Shown: positions 45,675 through 61,090 of the stretch, piece after piece | How positions within the stretch are numbered: the stretch's first letter is position 1 | How the letters are laid out: the number at the start of each line of letters is the position of its first letter | NCBI GenBank assembly: GCA_009914755.4 | Contig: CP068257.2 | Span: 27,136,001 to 27,200,000, forward strand | Source: the human T2T-CHM13v2.0 reference genome, Homo sapiens | Direction: 5' to 3' | DNA length: 64,000 bases | Translations under genes and position numbers: made by a program | The notes under the pieces: generated by a model | The model's database searches: none | What the model was told of the DNA's origin: nothing | Seen by the model: only the letters and a program-made list of their open reading frames with translations

Positions 45675-46655
45675 ACAGGAATATAGAGCAATGTCTAGAC
45701 AGAGCCTGAGACCCTCCTCACCTCCAAAGCACCTTGTGTTTTTCTCTCCTTCCCCTTCTTTGCCCACCCTCTCCTTAGGAATTTTCAGCAAATCCATATC
45801 TTAGAAAGCTGCAGGGAGGAGTTGGCCTGATGGGCTTGCCACACTTGGGCCCCACTGCAGTTTCCCTGGAGCCTCACAGGGACTGCATCACAGTCCGTGG
45901 GGCTCAATAATAAGCTCTTTCAGCATCAGCCTAGCTTCACCATTAATTGCTACCACATTGAGGCAAAGAACTGTGGTTTTCATGGCCTCCCCAAATCATG
46001 TCGGATCATTCCTACAAAAAAGTGGACCAGAAAGAAAGAAACTAGGATTTATTTCTTAGTGCCAGAAGTAACATAATTACAGAGGAATGTTCTGGCTAAT
46101 GTAAAAGTTGCTCTTTGGTATGTTGACCTAAGACCTATATTTGCTGTTTTGTTTTCAATGTTCTTCCTCACATGTCCTGTCTTTACCATTTCCAAGCCTA
46201 AGAACTGTGGGTTATCTATAATCAGTCATTAATGTTTTCGTTACCCTCAGTTAGTGAATACTCAAAGAAGCTGGAAATTCTCAAAGCTCTGGTAGTTGCT
46301 CAAGGAAAAGCCAACAAATAATAGGGTATAGAAAAGCCTCAAGTAAAACTAGATGGGTATTGTTGGATACCCATGACGTAAGGATACATAAAGTCTTTCA
46401 TTTTGCTGAGTCAAAATGTGCCATCTAAACTACACAGCAACCATGCAGTTTATTAGCTCAAAAAAAAAAAAAAAGGCCCTGGTCATTTAAATCTATGCCA
46501 TTCATGTGTTTATACATATTTTTATATGCTTTATATAGGAAGTCTTTTAACTTTTTTTTATTTAAGCATAGGTAAAAGTTATATAACCAAAAAATTCGAT
46601 TAACTCAAATACATGAGAATATTTGGGCAATCTTTTGGCTTACTGATTTTTCTAG

Positions 46656-47014
<359 letters not shown>

Positions 47015-50000
47015 TCCACCTTTATTTTCTAACGATTTCTTTACCAAGTCTTCCCAGGTCCTTTACTTAGTACTTTTATCTCACCTAAGGTACATGACTT
47101 TTTAACCAATGAGTTCTTATTGTAAAAATGCCTCAGAAATATCATTCTGGCTGTCAATTTATTAAGTGATATGAATTCATGGGTTAACAATTTATGTCTT
47201 TTTCATAGAAAGCTAAATGTACAAGAAAATCTCCAGATTTCATCATGATATACAAATGCTTTAAAGTGAAGGAGTTCAGGGAACTTGACCCCAAAATATG
47301 GCTCCCTAGTATAATGAGTATTTTGAACTAAAGGCCTTTAGAGATCAACAGATTTTAGAAGATACTTTTTCCCTATCTACATAAAGACCAGAGAGACCCA
47401 TAAAGAGAGGAATTGTTTTCCTCCCCTACCTCTTGCCTCTCAATCCTCTGCCTCTCCCAAACACAAGCTGAAGTTCCCTCATCTGCCTAAAGTCTGGACC
47501 TACCAAAGAAGAAAACAATGACCTCTGGTCCCTTCCCTGAGTTTTCATTAACTGAACCCATATTGCAAGAAGGAAGACTAAAGTCTGTCAACAGACCTCG
47601 ACAGACTTTTGTCACAAAACCTTGACTGCTCTGTGGGCCCAAGAGACCACTGTATGTTCTTCAAGCCCACTGATTTCCCCTAAAAATCATTTATTATCCC
47701 CCTAAAATTATCCACACTTCCCCATCTCCATTCCCCCTAAGAAATAGAGTATATAAACACCTGTATCCCATTGGAATATTGGACAATCACTCTGAGATTC
47801 CCTACATGCACATAATAGTAATAAATCTGTGTGCCTTTTCTTTTATTAATCTAAATTTTTGTGAGTTGATTTTTCAGCAAACCTTCCAAGCTTTCCCTTC
47901 ACCCATACAAAAAGTGTGTAACTTTTGGGTTACTATATTTCTGGCTCTTATTTTTTGAATGTCTTCCATAGGGGGTTTTCTTTGTCTTATAAAAATGTGG
48001 GGAAGCTGAAATGCAGGGAATCTGAAGCAATCATATGTTTTTGTTTTACCTCCTATGTGAAATACACAAGTAAAGTGGTTTCTCGACACGTACATCAAGG
48101 GCTGAATTCCAAAGGTATCCCAGTTGTCTGAGCATTCTCCCCTACCTATCAGTGTATTCCTTTCCTCTTCTTACTTTTCCATAAACCAAATGTTTTCATT
48201 TCTTATATTTATACTTCTGTGACTCTTAATAAAGATAGTAAAGCATAAACAATAAATGCCTGAAATGCAGTTTTTGTCTGACTTTGGACTTACTCTGTTG
48301 TTCAGTTTTTTTTGAAGATTTTTCCTGCCAACCTTCCACTCCACCCACCATCACCCGACCCCGGCCCCCTCCATTTGGTTCACTGACACCTTCCAAAACC
48401 TATTCCATTGTCTAGCACTAATTACACTGCACCACAGAGGGAGAGGCTGTGGGCTCCAGAATCGGCAACCTCAATCTGAATCTCCGCTGCCCCACTGCGG
48501 GATTCTTAACCTCTCTGAGCCTCTATTCCTTTATCTGTAAAAGTGGAGATAATAGCAAAACTGGGTAATTTGCTGGAAATATTTAAATGAGTTGACCTAT
48601 GTGAAAGAAACTGACTTTCAATAGATACTTAGTAAATTCTAGTTTCTCTTCCCTAGTTTGAGGAATTTGGAAGGAGGAATAACAATGACTGTGTCTATAA
48701 ACTCATACCACTTTTCCACCGCACCCCTTTATCTTAACAATCTAAATGAAAGTTCAATGGCAGAGTACCAAAGAAAAGAAGCTAAAATGTTTATCTGAAA
48801 AAATCAGTAGACTTCTGCCAAATTTCCAGTCTCACAAAACCCAAGAATACTCTTCCCAAGAATTTCCAGTGCCCCTCCCCCAATCGCTAATAATAAAAAC
48901 AACAATTCTGACATCTGTTTGCTGCTAGAATATACTGGTGGCTCAATCTTCAAAGAAAAATGTAATATAATCAAATATATTCAAATTAAAGTATAATTTA
49001 GAAGGTTTTTTTACACATCAGAAGGTATTTCAAGACCTTGCCCTTTCTCCATTTGTTAGTGGCAACACTTACTAGTTCTGGTTATTTTCACTGTCCACCG
49101 CTTTGGATCTGGATACTGGAAGTTTACCTCAGTAATACCTCCTGGAGGACCAAAAAGTGAGATAAACACAAATATCAGTATAATTGAATGAGGCAATATG
49201 GACAAACAACTGCAAAGAAGAGAGATACTCTATCATGTAGAATATTACATTCTCTGCTTCCCTTTTATGGACATTTTATTCTGCTACAGAATTCCAATCA
49301 CTAGTTTAGCCACACTCTGAAAAGTCATTTTCCTTTTTGACTTGTAGTGGAGCCAATCAGTTTAGAAGCACTCAGGGAGGTATCTTATATACCATCTGGG
49401 ACAAAGAAAATAAAGTATTTTTTCATTTCCTTAGCAGTTACAAATTTACCTAATGATATCATTCCAAATTGAGCAGAATATAAGGTTTGACTATTTTAAT
49501 CATTTGGCAATTGTGGTCCAAGTCCTATTACAATATTAAGATACCCACAATTTAAATCACACATCATATGAAATAGTAATTTGCTTTAAAAATGCTGAAT
49601 TTCTTGGCTCATGTTCTAAAAAGATATAGGAGACCAATTGCAACAAAAAAAATTATAGAACATGTGTGGAATAAAATATGTAAGGAATTTCCCTAGTTTA
49701 TTTCCTTAAATGAGCCACACCATAAAAGTGGCTACAATGCATATATATATATATATATACACATATATATATCCCTGAGCCCTCGTAATTGTTAGATTGC
49801 TAGACTAGCTTTGCTATGAAAAAGCTGAGGAACTCCAGCTGGAGCCATTCCTTTCCCCAGTTATTACTGAAGGTTATATTTAATTATCTAGCTGAGCTGC
49901 TGTAATTAGCATCAACAAAGCTCTGTGCCATAATGACTTGATATATAAACTTTTGGGAAGCCCATTACAATTCAGATGGACCTTCTGAAATGTAGCATTC

Positions 50001-51365
50001 CACCTGATGGCTAATCCCAGATATTAACGTCCATTACTCCATTCGATTTCCATTCACCCCTTCTAATGTGTTTGTGTACTGCTTGCTGACAACTGTAGTA
50101 TGTTTGTAGTACAAACAGTACTTTGCATTTTTGAATTTGGGGTTTAAATCTGTTCAGGCTCTCTCATGTGGCTGGAATGTTGGCATGGCTCAGAAAACAA
50201 AAGTCAACTTAAAAAAAAGTTGGTTCCTCCAGGAAGAGAGATGGCTATCAAGCTTGACAAATGCACTGTAATGTGAACAGGGCAGCAGGGTTAATTCTGT
50301 TAAGTGATTGCTATAGGCCTTTGCTTGTCTTGGACTTTTGGCCTTTTGCTGCAAACAGGGTGGGCCTTGTTAAACTGCCAAGTTGACAATTTTATATCCA
50401 AAGGCTTTTGACAGTTTTATATCCAAGGCTTTGCTTTTCTGTTGTGATTTTTCAACAGGAAAGCTCAAAGTGCTCTGGGGATTTTCATCTCTGAGTCCAT
50501 GATAACACTTAGAAAACTCAATAGATCGTTGTTTGTTGAATCTGAGCATAAAAATTAGGTTCTAAGAGAAAGAAAAATCATTTTATAAAAACATAGATTT
50601 GGATATCACAGTGTGCTCTGCTAATTTCTTTTGGCTGGTGCTTTTTGTTGTTGTTGTTTAAAGTTTACATGGAATCTCTGTTTCCACTGAACCATCTCAG
50701 ACACTGAAACACAAAGCTGGGTTACAACCTAATCCGCAATGTGGGGTTATCTTCCTACTGTTGGGGCATTTTCCAACTGGGTAAGGATCTGAGCACTATA
50801 GAGATGTATACTGAGCTCTTATATTACCTTGTCTGTATCAGACTTAACTGAGACACAGATAAGTTAAAAAGTAGCCCGCAAATCCTAGGACCTAGCACCC
50901 TACAATCTAAGAGCTAAAATCATTGTCTCTTGGACATAAATCAGCAAACTTCATTCAGCACATGTTAAGTACCTGCCATATGTTAACCCTCTACTAACCA
51001 TGTGTTACATACTGTGAAAAAAAAAAGAAGTCACAGTTGAAGGTTTCTAGAAGGTTTCTAAAAGTTACCTGATCTGCCAATCATCTCCATCAGAACCCTC
51101 AGGTAAGCTTGTGTATTAAGCAGATTCCTGAATCCCACCCCAGATCTACTTGATTGGAGGAGGGGGCTAAATTTGCATTTTTTTATAAGCTTCTCCCAAA
51201 TGATGCTTATGAGTAATGTTTGAGAACTATTCTAGACTCAGGATTCTCAAACCTGGCTGCACATTTGAATCACCTAGTGAATTTAAGACCACCAATGACC
51301 TAGTACCACAGCAGACCAATTAAATCAGACCCTCTGGGGTAAGGGGGAGCCTGAGCATCAGTCAT

Positions 51366-51403
51366 TGTTGTTGTTGTTGCTGCTGTTGTTGTTGTCGTTG
51401 TTA
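51366..51403. repeat. Imperfect (GTT)n trinucleotide repeat (~12 units)
   Basis: 'ttgttgttgttgttgctgctgttgttgttgtcgttgtt'. Confidence 0.85.
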
Positions 51404-54400
51404 AGTCCACATGTAACTCTAATGGGCATCCAAGGCTGTGAACCATGGTTCTAGACTTTAGGTTCTATCAGAATTTACGACAGGAAGAAATCACTCCTAT
51501 CTGAAGTGGTCAGATACTACCTTTGATTTCCTCTCATATCTTGCAAAAGACTTCATGTTCTCTTTGAAAAGTGTGTGTGTATGAGTTTGTTATTGTTTTA
51601 AAAATTACATATTTATATAGCACCCATGCAAGAAACAGTTTTTACAGATAGCACATAATTTCATTTGTCTTCAATTCATCTACTGTAATGTAATTAGAAG
51701 AAAAACGTATTAGTATTCCAATTATAGATAAAGCAAAAGATTAGTACTCCGCCTGAGATCACACAACAAATTCATTCTAAAATTCTGACTTCACTGGAGT
51801 TGCTTCCCAGAAATAAAAAAAGAGAGAGAGAGATAGAGAGTCTTTGAACAGTCCTAGTTGAAATGTAGCCTATTCAATACTAAAAATTATTCAAATAAGT
51901 AGTCCATCCACACTCCATAATGGACAGTCTTCCTCTTGGCTTTTTTGTTGTTGTTATTATAAAGAAGGGAATATCCTAAAGGGTCAATAATCCTCCTTCT
52001 ATTTCTCCATTTTTCTGTCTCCATAAGGCAACATCACTGAATGTATTAATGGGCTTGCTCAGTTAGGGTTTTTAATCCCTCCCAGTTTGCCCAGAATGTT
52101 CTCAGTTTTAGTACTGAAAGTCCTGTGCCCAGTTAACCCGTCTTGGGCAAACCTGGACAGTCCCTATCAGCAGTGGAAATAAACACTGCTTTGAAGATCT
52201 ATGCAGGAATGGGAGTTTAAGGTTAGTTAGGAAGATCAGCCAGGCCAGCAATGGGCAGGGAGTGGGACAATCTAAAGATCCATGAAGGTGGGCAGACTTG
52301 GCTTCAGGCTTTGAAGTCTAGCTGGGAAGGCACAGTGCATGACCCAGGGAAGGGGCTCTCAAACTTGAGTGTGTATTACAACCCCCTGGAGGGCTTGTTA
52401 GAACACAAATTGCTGGGCACCACCTCCAGAGTTCCTGATTCAGTAGGTCTGGAGAGGGGCCTAGAATTTGCATTTCTAACACATTCCCATGTAATGCTGA
52501 TGCTGTTGGTCCCAGGATCACGCCTTGAGAACCACTGCTCTAGGTGCTAGTCTAGACTTTCAGCTGAGCATAAGTAATAGGTGTGAAGGTGATGTCTTGG
52601 CACTAGGGAGCTAGCAGGCCACATTAGGCAGAGATATGAGCTAGGGACCAAAGGCAGGACTCAAAGCACTGAGCAAATGTGAGCTAACATGGCAGGACCA
52701 GGCTAAGAGGATCTGGAGTACTAGGCAGATAAACAAAACAGGAGCTCCATCTTAAAGAAGTATGACCAAGATCTTTCTACTGGATGTGGGTGCAAGGTGT
52801 GGTGTTGGCCTTAGGAACAAGGCAAAATTCAATGCGTAAGCAATCATTGAGGAGCACAGACTTAATGGTCAGTCACTGGAGTTCCTGAATTAGGAATTTT
52901 AAAGATCCCCTGACAACCATAAAAGTTGGGTGACCAACTATTCTAGTTTTCCCAGGAATTTCCCTACTTCAGCACTGAAAGTGCAGGGCCTAGAAACCCC
53001 TCAGTCCTAAGACATCTGGTCACCCTAATTGTGCTCTTAGAAGACTACAGCCTAGATCCACCTACATCTCTGGGTCAGTTGGCTCCAGCCATAAGGAAAG
53101 AAAGCACACATGAGAAGAGGAGGAGCCAGCTGGAAAACGAGGCAGAGAGCCAGGATGCTCATTGCAACCTATAGCCTTCAAGAGAGGATAAAAGGGCACC
53201 CAGAAATATTGTCTATAAATGCTGAAATGCATTTGCTTTAAATGGGCAAAACACGTTAAATGACTCCTCAGGCCTGCAGCTTTTCTAAACTCATGAAAGT
53301 GGAAAAGTTCAGCACAAACAGAACCATCCAGACACCCCGTAGATGGAAGTCTCTCTCACTGCCTTTTGACAGTCATCACACACACTTAAGATCTCATTGT
53401 AAGTATAGCCTTAAAGAGCCCTGATAAGTACACATCAGTAGGGGAACTAAAACCCATCTGTAAATATTAGCAGAGTCTCCCATGTTCTTTTGGTTTCCTT
53501 CACACACAAAAATAAGCTAAGTGGAATGAACACACAGTTCAAAATGACTAAAACACTAAAGGACATTTAAATCTGGGGAAAGAATCTCTCTGTTGGGAAT
53601 ATGGATTTCACCTAAGATCCTTAGTGTCATTCCCAGCATGCCAGAGTTATTTCAAATCTCTTTCATAACCAAATATTAATATTCCACCAGAATGGGGAGC
53701 ATGAGGGCCACTATTGACAGGAACACAGCCTACTAATCATGAGAGATGTTTAAGATGTTCTTCACTAACGTTATCCACAGACTGTATAAAAATAATAACA
53801 GAAAACGTTTAACAGTAACAAGGATCATCACCAGGGAAAGTACCTAAACCATCACAAAATCCGAAAGCAAACACTGAACTAATCCATCCTCCCAGCAACT
53901 AACTCCTGCAAAATGCTGCTTATGTAGAAATAATCTTCTCAATCACACTTAAAATATTCACTATGATAATGAACTTTAGCCGCAGTGAATTGAGTGTCCC
54001 AATGTGCTGAGTCTTCATGATCAAGGAGAACCTGGCATAACCAGCATCTTCAAAATGCAAGTACCCTATGTCCTTCTGGAATGAGCCATGTCATCCAGTA
54101 AGTAGGCTGAAACAGAGGGATCCGACGAGGAGACTCTCCCAGAGCTGAAGTGGGAGTTCAGAGCAGAGTGGAGAAGATTGAAAATCTCCCAGATAACCTG
54201 GGAGAAAATGCCAGAAGAAACAGGAATTTGCCCATCCATTCAATCTTTCATTCAACAGATAGTTATGATGTGCCATCTCAATGCCAGACCCCATGCTAGG
54301 CAGAAAGGCTACAAAGTCTAATGGAACTGCTTTATAGGTATTTGTAATCAAATAGAACAAGCAGACAAATTAACAAGTAATTGCAGTACCTCTAAGACGT

Positions 54401-54614
54401 TTTATAATAAAAGGATATATGCAACCTCAGAGAAGCACAGATGAGAGAGAATTTTCCCCAGCCTTGTATTATTCTCAGTGCAACTAACTGTCTTTGATAC
54501 CACAGTTAAGTCCTTCCTTCTCAGAAGCTTCTTCTTTGAGTCACTTTTGGGAAAAAAATAATTATTGCTTTTCTGAGAGATCAGAGTCTCATCAAATGTT
54601 ATTGTGATTCTAAG

Positions 54615-54850
54615 ACTGTCAACAGCTACCATTTAGTGATACCTACTATGTGCCAGGCACTACACTGAGTGTTTTGCACACATTACTCCACTCAATCCTC
54701 AGCCCTGCGTAACAAGCAGCATGCTCTCTCCACTTTAGAAATCAAGGGGAAATGAATCACAGTGGGATTAACTAGTTTACCCTCAGTCTGTCAATGATGG
54801 GGCAAGAAGTGAACACAGACAGTCCACTTCATGTTCAAGATCTTAACCAC
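54615..54850 (-). mobile_element. MIR SINE, minus orientation
   Basis: 'tacctactatgtgccaggcactacactgagtgttttgcacacattactccactcaatcctcagccctgcg...' is the reverse complement of the MIR 3' half ('...agcacagtgcctggcacatagtaagcgctcaataaatg'). Ends '...caagatcttaaccactatg'. Confidence 0.55.
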
Positions 54851-57342
54851 TATGTTGAAATCACTTATGTAGTGAACTATTAGAATGTCTATATTGATTA
54901 TTTGTATTCTACTGTTATAATTGCATGCATCTAGTTTTTGCTTTGATGAGTTCTTACAAGAAATTGCATGCTGCTTTTAATACTTCCTTATTTGAGTTGA
55001 TAATTTGCAACCATTTTATTTGAACCTATCTCTGTGGGACTTAACCACAACAGCTGCAATTTATTGAAAACTTGCTCTGAGCCAGTATATATCATCTCTG
55101 TCAATTCCCATAGTTCTCTGAGGGGTATGTATGTAGGTATGTGCATATACTTATATTCTTATATATGTATATGTAATGTAGAGTATCAGGTAACTTACCC
55201 CTTGTAGCTTAGGCTACAAGTCCTCCACTAGCATAGGCTTTTCTAAGGTTCCAGAAAGGGTTCTTAGAAACATGTTTGCATGTTCATACATTTTCTTATC
55301 TATTTTTGAAAGAGTATTTCGAAACTGATATAAGCGTAAGACCCACAAAGCCTGCAGACTACAGGTGATGGAAACAGGATTTGTGTGCAGATGTGCCCAA
55401 CTCCAAGGGTTTAAAACCCCGTGACACAGTAAGTAAGGAGGAAGGGGTGGAGCAGTGGGATTTAGATGCACATGTTGGGCTTATCATGAGAGATTTCAAG
55501 CTAAGGAAAGAGGGGAGTTGATTTGAGGGGCTTTTCTCCTCTAAAGTGACCTTGAAGCCCTCATTTTAATGCTTCATGTGCCAACAAGAAGTAGAGAATG
55601 TAGGTAACTCTAATACGAATGAGGCTCTAAGAACTACTAGGTGAACACTCATAATAGTGGCACCAGTTCCGAACAACACATTTGTAAATAAATTGAAGCA
55701 GCCTTCAGTTTTTTCTAAACTAAGAAGCTACTAGACACTAAGCAGGTCAAACAGACCAAAGGCACTTTGGTGACACTTAGCTTAGGTAGCCCTTCGACTG
55801 CCAATCCATCATTATCTGAAAGTTCTGCATTGACCAACTGCTGTCAGAAAATGTTCCCTTTCTTCCAGAAATTCCATGCCAGCTCACCTTCCAAAAGTTT
55901 CCAGTGGGCTTGTTGATCTTTCACCCAAATAGCCACCTAACACTTTACGAATATCCATCTCTGTGAAGAAACCGACTCAGCTGCAACAACCTGTTTTTTT
56001 TAATTCATTAAGCCTTAGAATAGCATCTTTCTTAGTAAAATATAAATGCAATATTTAATAAAACTATATATACAGTGATTATTATAAGCAGGGAGAGGAC
56101 AGGCTGAAAATGAGTGATTTTAACAAGAGCTTTAACAATTTTTAATAGACCTGCATTCCTTTACATTCCTGGTGTTTCTCAAACTTTAGTGGGTTTAAAG
56201 TTCATCTGGGGATTTATAAAAATTGCTGACTTCAAGAGCTCCTCTTAAAATTTCTAATTCTGAAGGCCTGGAGGGATCCTCAACAATCTTCATTTTTAAC
56301 GATTTTGATGAAGATGGACTGCAGCTGTCTCTTGAGAAATGCTTCTTTAGAACAAGTGAAATTGCTAATTACACAGTAAGCACTTAGTCATCTACCATTA
56401 CCCAAGTCTTGTTAGTTGTGAGTTGCCCCTTGGTATCTGCTAAGGTTTGAATGTGTCCCTCAGAAAGCATATGTTGGAAACTTAACCTTTAATGCAACAG
56501 TGTTTGTTGGGAGGTAGGTTCCAATGAGAGGTAATTAGAACATGAGGGCTCTGCATTTATGAATAGATGAATGTGTGGAAGTAGGTTCCTTATAAAATAA
56601 GGTCAGTCACCTTTCCTCTCTCCCATCCTCTTTTTGCCCTCTGACATCCTATGCCTTTCACCATGAGATGACACAGCAAGAAGGTCCCTGATAGATACCA
56701 GTGCTTCAATCTTGGACTTCCCAACTAAAGAACTATGAACCAATAAATTTCTGTTCATTACAAATTATCCAGTCTCAGGTATTCTGTTACAGCTGCACAA
56801 AACAGACTAAGGCAGTATCCCATTCTCAGCTGCAGCAATTCTTTTTAAGACAAAACTCCATGGATTTTAAGACATCTGAGTAGGGAGAGTTAATTATGTC
56901 CTCTCAAAGAGGTATTTTCCCTAGACCAATTAGTTTACAAGAACATACACTCTGTTTCTAAAACTTTGGAAAACAAAGATGTGGTTCATATCAGAGTGAA
57001 AATTTCATTGATACCCATTATAATGAACGTGTTTCATTTTGGCAAACTGTCATGAAATGTCCTGTTCATTTGGAGAAAATTCCTGGAAAGATGGTAGGCA
57101 GAGGTCCCAACTCCCAATACGGAATCCTAAGAGGGAGAAGATCTGTCTGCTCCCAGTCAGAGAAGGGTGGGCTCTTCCTACACTAAGATCTTAGCCACAT
57201 TTTGTCTCCCTGAATTCTTGCCAGAGACTAGTCCTCCAGGCTGAGAGTATATCTTATATCTGTATAATTAGATAACAATTATGTTATCTAAAACTGAGAA
57301 CCCTGGGTATGGTACATCCAGACACTTACGGCAGAAAATATT

Positions 57343-57722
57343 TGATATGGTTTGGCTCTGTGTCCCCACTCAAATCTCATGTCAAACTGTAATTCCCAAT
57401 GTTGGGGGAGGGATCTGGTGGGAGGTAATTGGATCATGGGGGCAGATTTCTCCCTTGCTCTTGCGATAGTAAGTTCTCACGAGATCTGATAAATGTTTAA
57501 AGGTGTGTGGCACTTCCCCCCCTTCACTCTCTCTCTCTTTCTACCATGGTGAGACGTGCTTGCTTCCCCTTCACCTTCTGCCATGACGGTAAGTTTCCTG
57601 AGACCTTCCAGCCATGCTTCCTGTACAGCCTATGGAACTGTGAGTCAATTAAACCTCTTTCTTCATAAATTATCCAGGTCAGGTAGTTCTTTATAGCAGT
57701 GTGAGAACAGACTCTACAATAT
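57343..57722 (+). mobile_element. THE1/MST-type MaLR LTR, plus orientation
   Basis: 'tgatatggtttggctctgtgtccccactcaaatctcatgtcaaactgtaattcccaatgttgggggagggatctggtgggaggtaattggatcatgggggcagatttctcccttgctcttgcgatagtaagttctcacgagatctgat...ccatgcttcctgtacagcctatggaactgtgagtcaattaaacctctttcttcataaattatccaggtcaggtagttctttatagcagtgtgagaacagactctacaat' follows the consensus closely. Confidence 0.8.
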
Positions 57723-57764
57723 CTTCAAAATGTTGTTTATTTTTTAAAAAAATGTATGGATGGA

Positions 57765-58121
<357 letters not shown>

Positions 58122-58299
58122 CTATCCATCTGTAGAAAATTTTTTAAAATATGTATTGTCTTTTATTCTGATTTCTTCTGGATTCCACTTTGTAGATTTA
58201 TGAGCCCAGGACCACTGGTATTCAGTAAAGGAGTAGAAATCAATTTGTAGGGGCAGGAGGGATGCCATGTGTCATAGCTACGCAAACAGAAGAAACTTA

Positions 58300-58618
<319 letters not shown>

Positions 58619-58640
58619 AAAGAAAAGAACGAACGAACGA

Positions 58641-58692
<52 letters not shown>

Positions 58693-58807
58693 AGGAAAGA
58701 AGGAAAGAAGGAAAGAAGGAAAGAAGGAAAGAAGGAAAGAAAAGAAAAAGAAGGAAAGAAGGAAAGAAGGAAAGAAGGAAAGAAGGAAAGAAGGAAAGAA
58801 GGAAGGA

Positions 58808-58851
<44 letters not shown>

Positions 58852-58907
58852 AGGAAGGAAGGAAGGAAGGAAGGAAGGAAGGAAGGAAGGAAGGAAGGAA
58901 GGAAGGA

Positions 58908-58955
<48 letters not shown>

Positions 58956-58957
58956 AA
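58619..58957. repeat. ~340-bp compound tetranucleotide microsatellite (GAAA)n/(GAAGGAAA)n/(GGAA)n derived from the Alu poly-A tail
   Basis: Uninterrupted purine strand: '(aaag)n...(gaaggaaa)n...(ggaa)13...(aaag)n'. The ORFs at 58505-59005 ('KERKKERKK...' and 'FLSFFLSFF...') are its translations. Confidence 0.95.
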
Positions 58958-60109
58958 CAGTATCACCTTTCAAACAGTGATGGGTCCCTAATACCTATAT
59001 GCTGAGTATTGTCACACTCATGTTCCATAGCTGTTTGTATTCTGTGTCATTTTTACTATACGTACACAAGACAGAAAACAAAAAACACTGTTTAATTCAG
59101 ATTTTGTAAGGTATATAGTATAACTGTTTACTAAAATATCATATTTGTAGGAGGTGAAAGTTAATATACTAGCAAACTGCTAAAGAGAATTAACTATTTT
59201 TTTAACAAGGAATGTATATTTATGTAGCACTCTCAGACTTTAAAAGCACCATTACTGTACATAAAGCTTTTGATTTGCAGTTTTTCATCATAAACCCAAC
59301 AGAGCAGAGCCCAGACACCAGGCATTTTTCCCTGGAGTCACTCTGCCTTATTATCAGGACTGGACTTAAGTATCCTTCCCTGGAAAGGGCAAAAGATCTC
59401 ACATTGTAGGGCAAATATGCTTGAGGCAGTACAAAGAGGCACAGTCATGTTTCAGGATGTGGTTTTAGCCAAAGGTGATACAATCACAAAGCTGGGTTGA
59501 GAGAGGAAATAACAATCAGGAGCAGTCTTGAGTGTGTCTCTGTTACCTGGAGTCTTCTTGTTCTTCTCTCTACCTCTCCAAGAGTCTCCATTACCATTGA
59601 TGTAAATAATTAGTAATAAGAGCCGGAAGCAAAAATGTTGAAATACTTTAACTCTTTTGAACACAAATTTAATAGCAGTAGTAAACTAACAAATGAATCA
59701 TTGAATTGAGGGTGGATTCTGCTGCAACAAAGAACTTGTATTATGATATAAATTGAGAAGATTGTTCTGATCTAGCTCCTCCTGTATTCAGAGTTAAAAC
59801 TCTCTCTAAACATCATGTTCCACCTAAGAACCATTAACTCTCCCATTCTCACAACCTGTGTGACAAATACTCATACTCTAAATATTTGGCTTATCTCACT
59901 TATCCATTGCTAGAGGATTTAACATACAAGTGTTGCCCTACATACAGACTACTAAGTTAACCATAACCATTCGTGTATTGATACGTATGTTCAAACAGCA
60001 ATGATGAACTGAGTGCCTGCTCTGAAGGAACTCAAATTCAGATTCAGCTAATATTTCTGGAGTAACACCCATGCACTAGGTATTGAGCTAAAGACTTTGT
60101 CTTATTTAG

Positions 60110-60310
60110 GTGCCTATCATGTGCTAGGTGTTGAACTAGTTACTTTAACACATTATCTCATTTGGTCTTCATAACAACCTAGTAGGTCGGCATTTTTTAT
60201 TTTATAGATAGGAGACTAACACTCAGAAAAGGTGAGTGACTTGCCTGAAGTCATAAAATTAGTCAAGACTTAAAACTGGCTTTTTGGTCCTGAGTCTTCT
60301 CTCTGGCTCT
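60110..60310 (-). mobile_element. MIR SINE, minus orientation
   Basis: 'gtgctaggtgttgaactagttactttaacacattatctcatttggtcttcataacaacctagtaggtcggcattttttattttatagataggagactaacactcagaaaaggtgagtgacttgcctgaagtcataaaattagtcaag' is the reverse complement of the MIR core ('...ttttacagatgaggaaactgaggctcagagaggttaagtaacttgcccaaggtcacacagctagtaag'). Confidence 0.5.
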
Positions 60311-60894
60311 TTCTAATTGGTAGTATTGTCTGTCTTAGGTCCACGCTTTTACTATCCTCTTCTATGCAAAAGAATATCTGATCAGAAAGAAACAAAGCCA
60401 CTTATAGTTTGATTAGAAAGAAATAAAACCGCACAGAATTTTAGCCACCTTTGTCTATGGGCTGATAGCTTTGTGCACACAAGGCCAAGCAACCACAGGC
60501 TCCAGAGATGTGATGTGGAGATGTGCCAAGTGGCAGGTGACATCACATCTTTACATTCCTAGAAGTACTGTGCCCTAATAATTTTACAGCAGAGACATAA
60601 ACAGATGGATGTGACAAATCCAGTAATGGCAGTTACATAATCTCAAGATCTTTCTCAATGACTCTAAGAACATGTCCAAGACCAAGAATGACTTACCAGG
60701 TACATGCCAGTGCTTTAACTAAACAGAAACTATTTTTCAACTAAACAAACATAAATTACATTATCCCTCCTTTTTGGCTCTACCATTTTGAAATTTCTAA
60801 CTTTGTGAGGTTTTTAACTTAAAAATGTTTTTCCAAATTTATGGAAAGAGGCCACATATGCCCACGTTTAGGGAAAAGTATGGACTTCAGAGTT

Positions 60895-61090
60895 ACAAGC
60901 TCAGGTTTGGACAAGGCCAGGCAAGGTTGGACTGAATCCTGCCTCTATCGTTTTCTCACTACATTTGCAGTGAGTCACTAAATTTTTTTAAGTCTCTGCT
61001 TCCTCATCTGTAAAATGGGTATAGCAACGATATCTACCTGTGCAGAAAAGAGTTAACTCAGCAGGGCTGAATTGTTCAAACCTTGCACAT
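60895..61090 (+). mobile_element. MIR SINE fragment
   Basis: 'ggactgaatcctgcctctatcgttttctcactacatttgcagtgagtcactaaatttttttaagtctctgcttcctcatctgtaaaatgggtatagcaacgatatctacctgtgcagaaaagagttaactcagcagggctgaattg' follows the MIR core ('ctgccacttactagctgtgtgaccttgggcaagttacttaacctctctgagcctcagtttcctcatctgtaaaatggggataataatagtacctacctcatagggttgttgtgag'). Confidence 0.5.
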
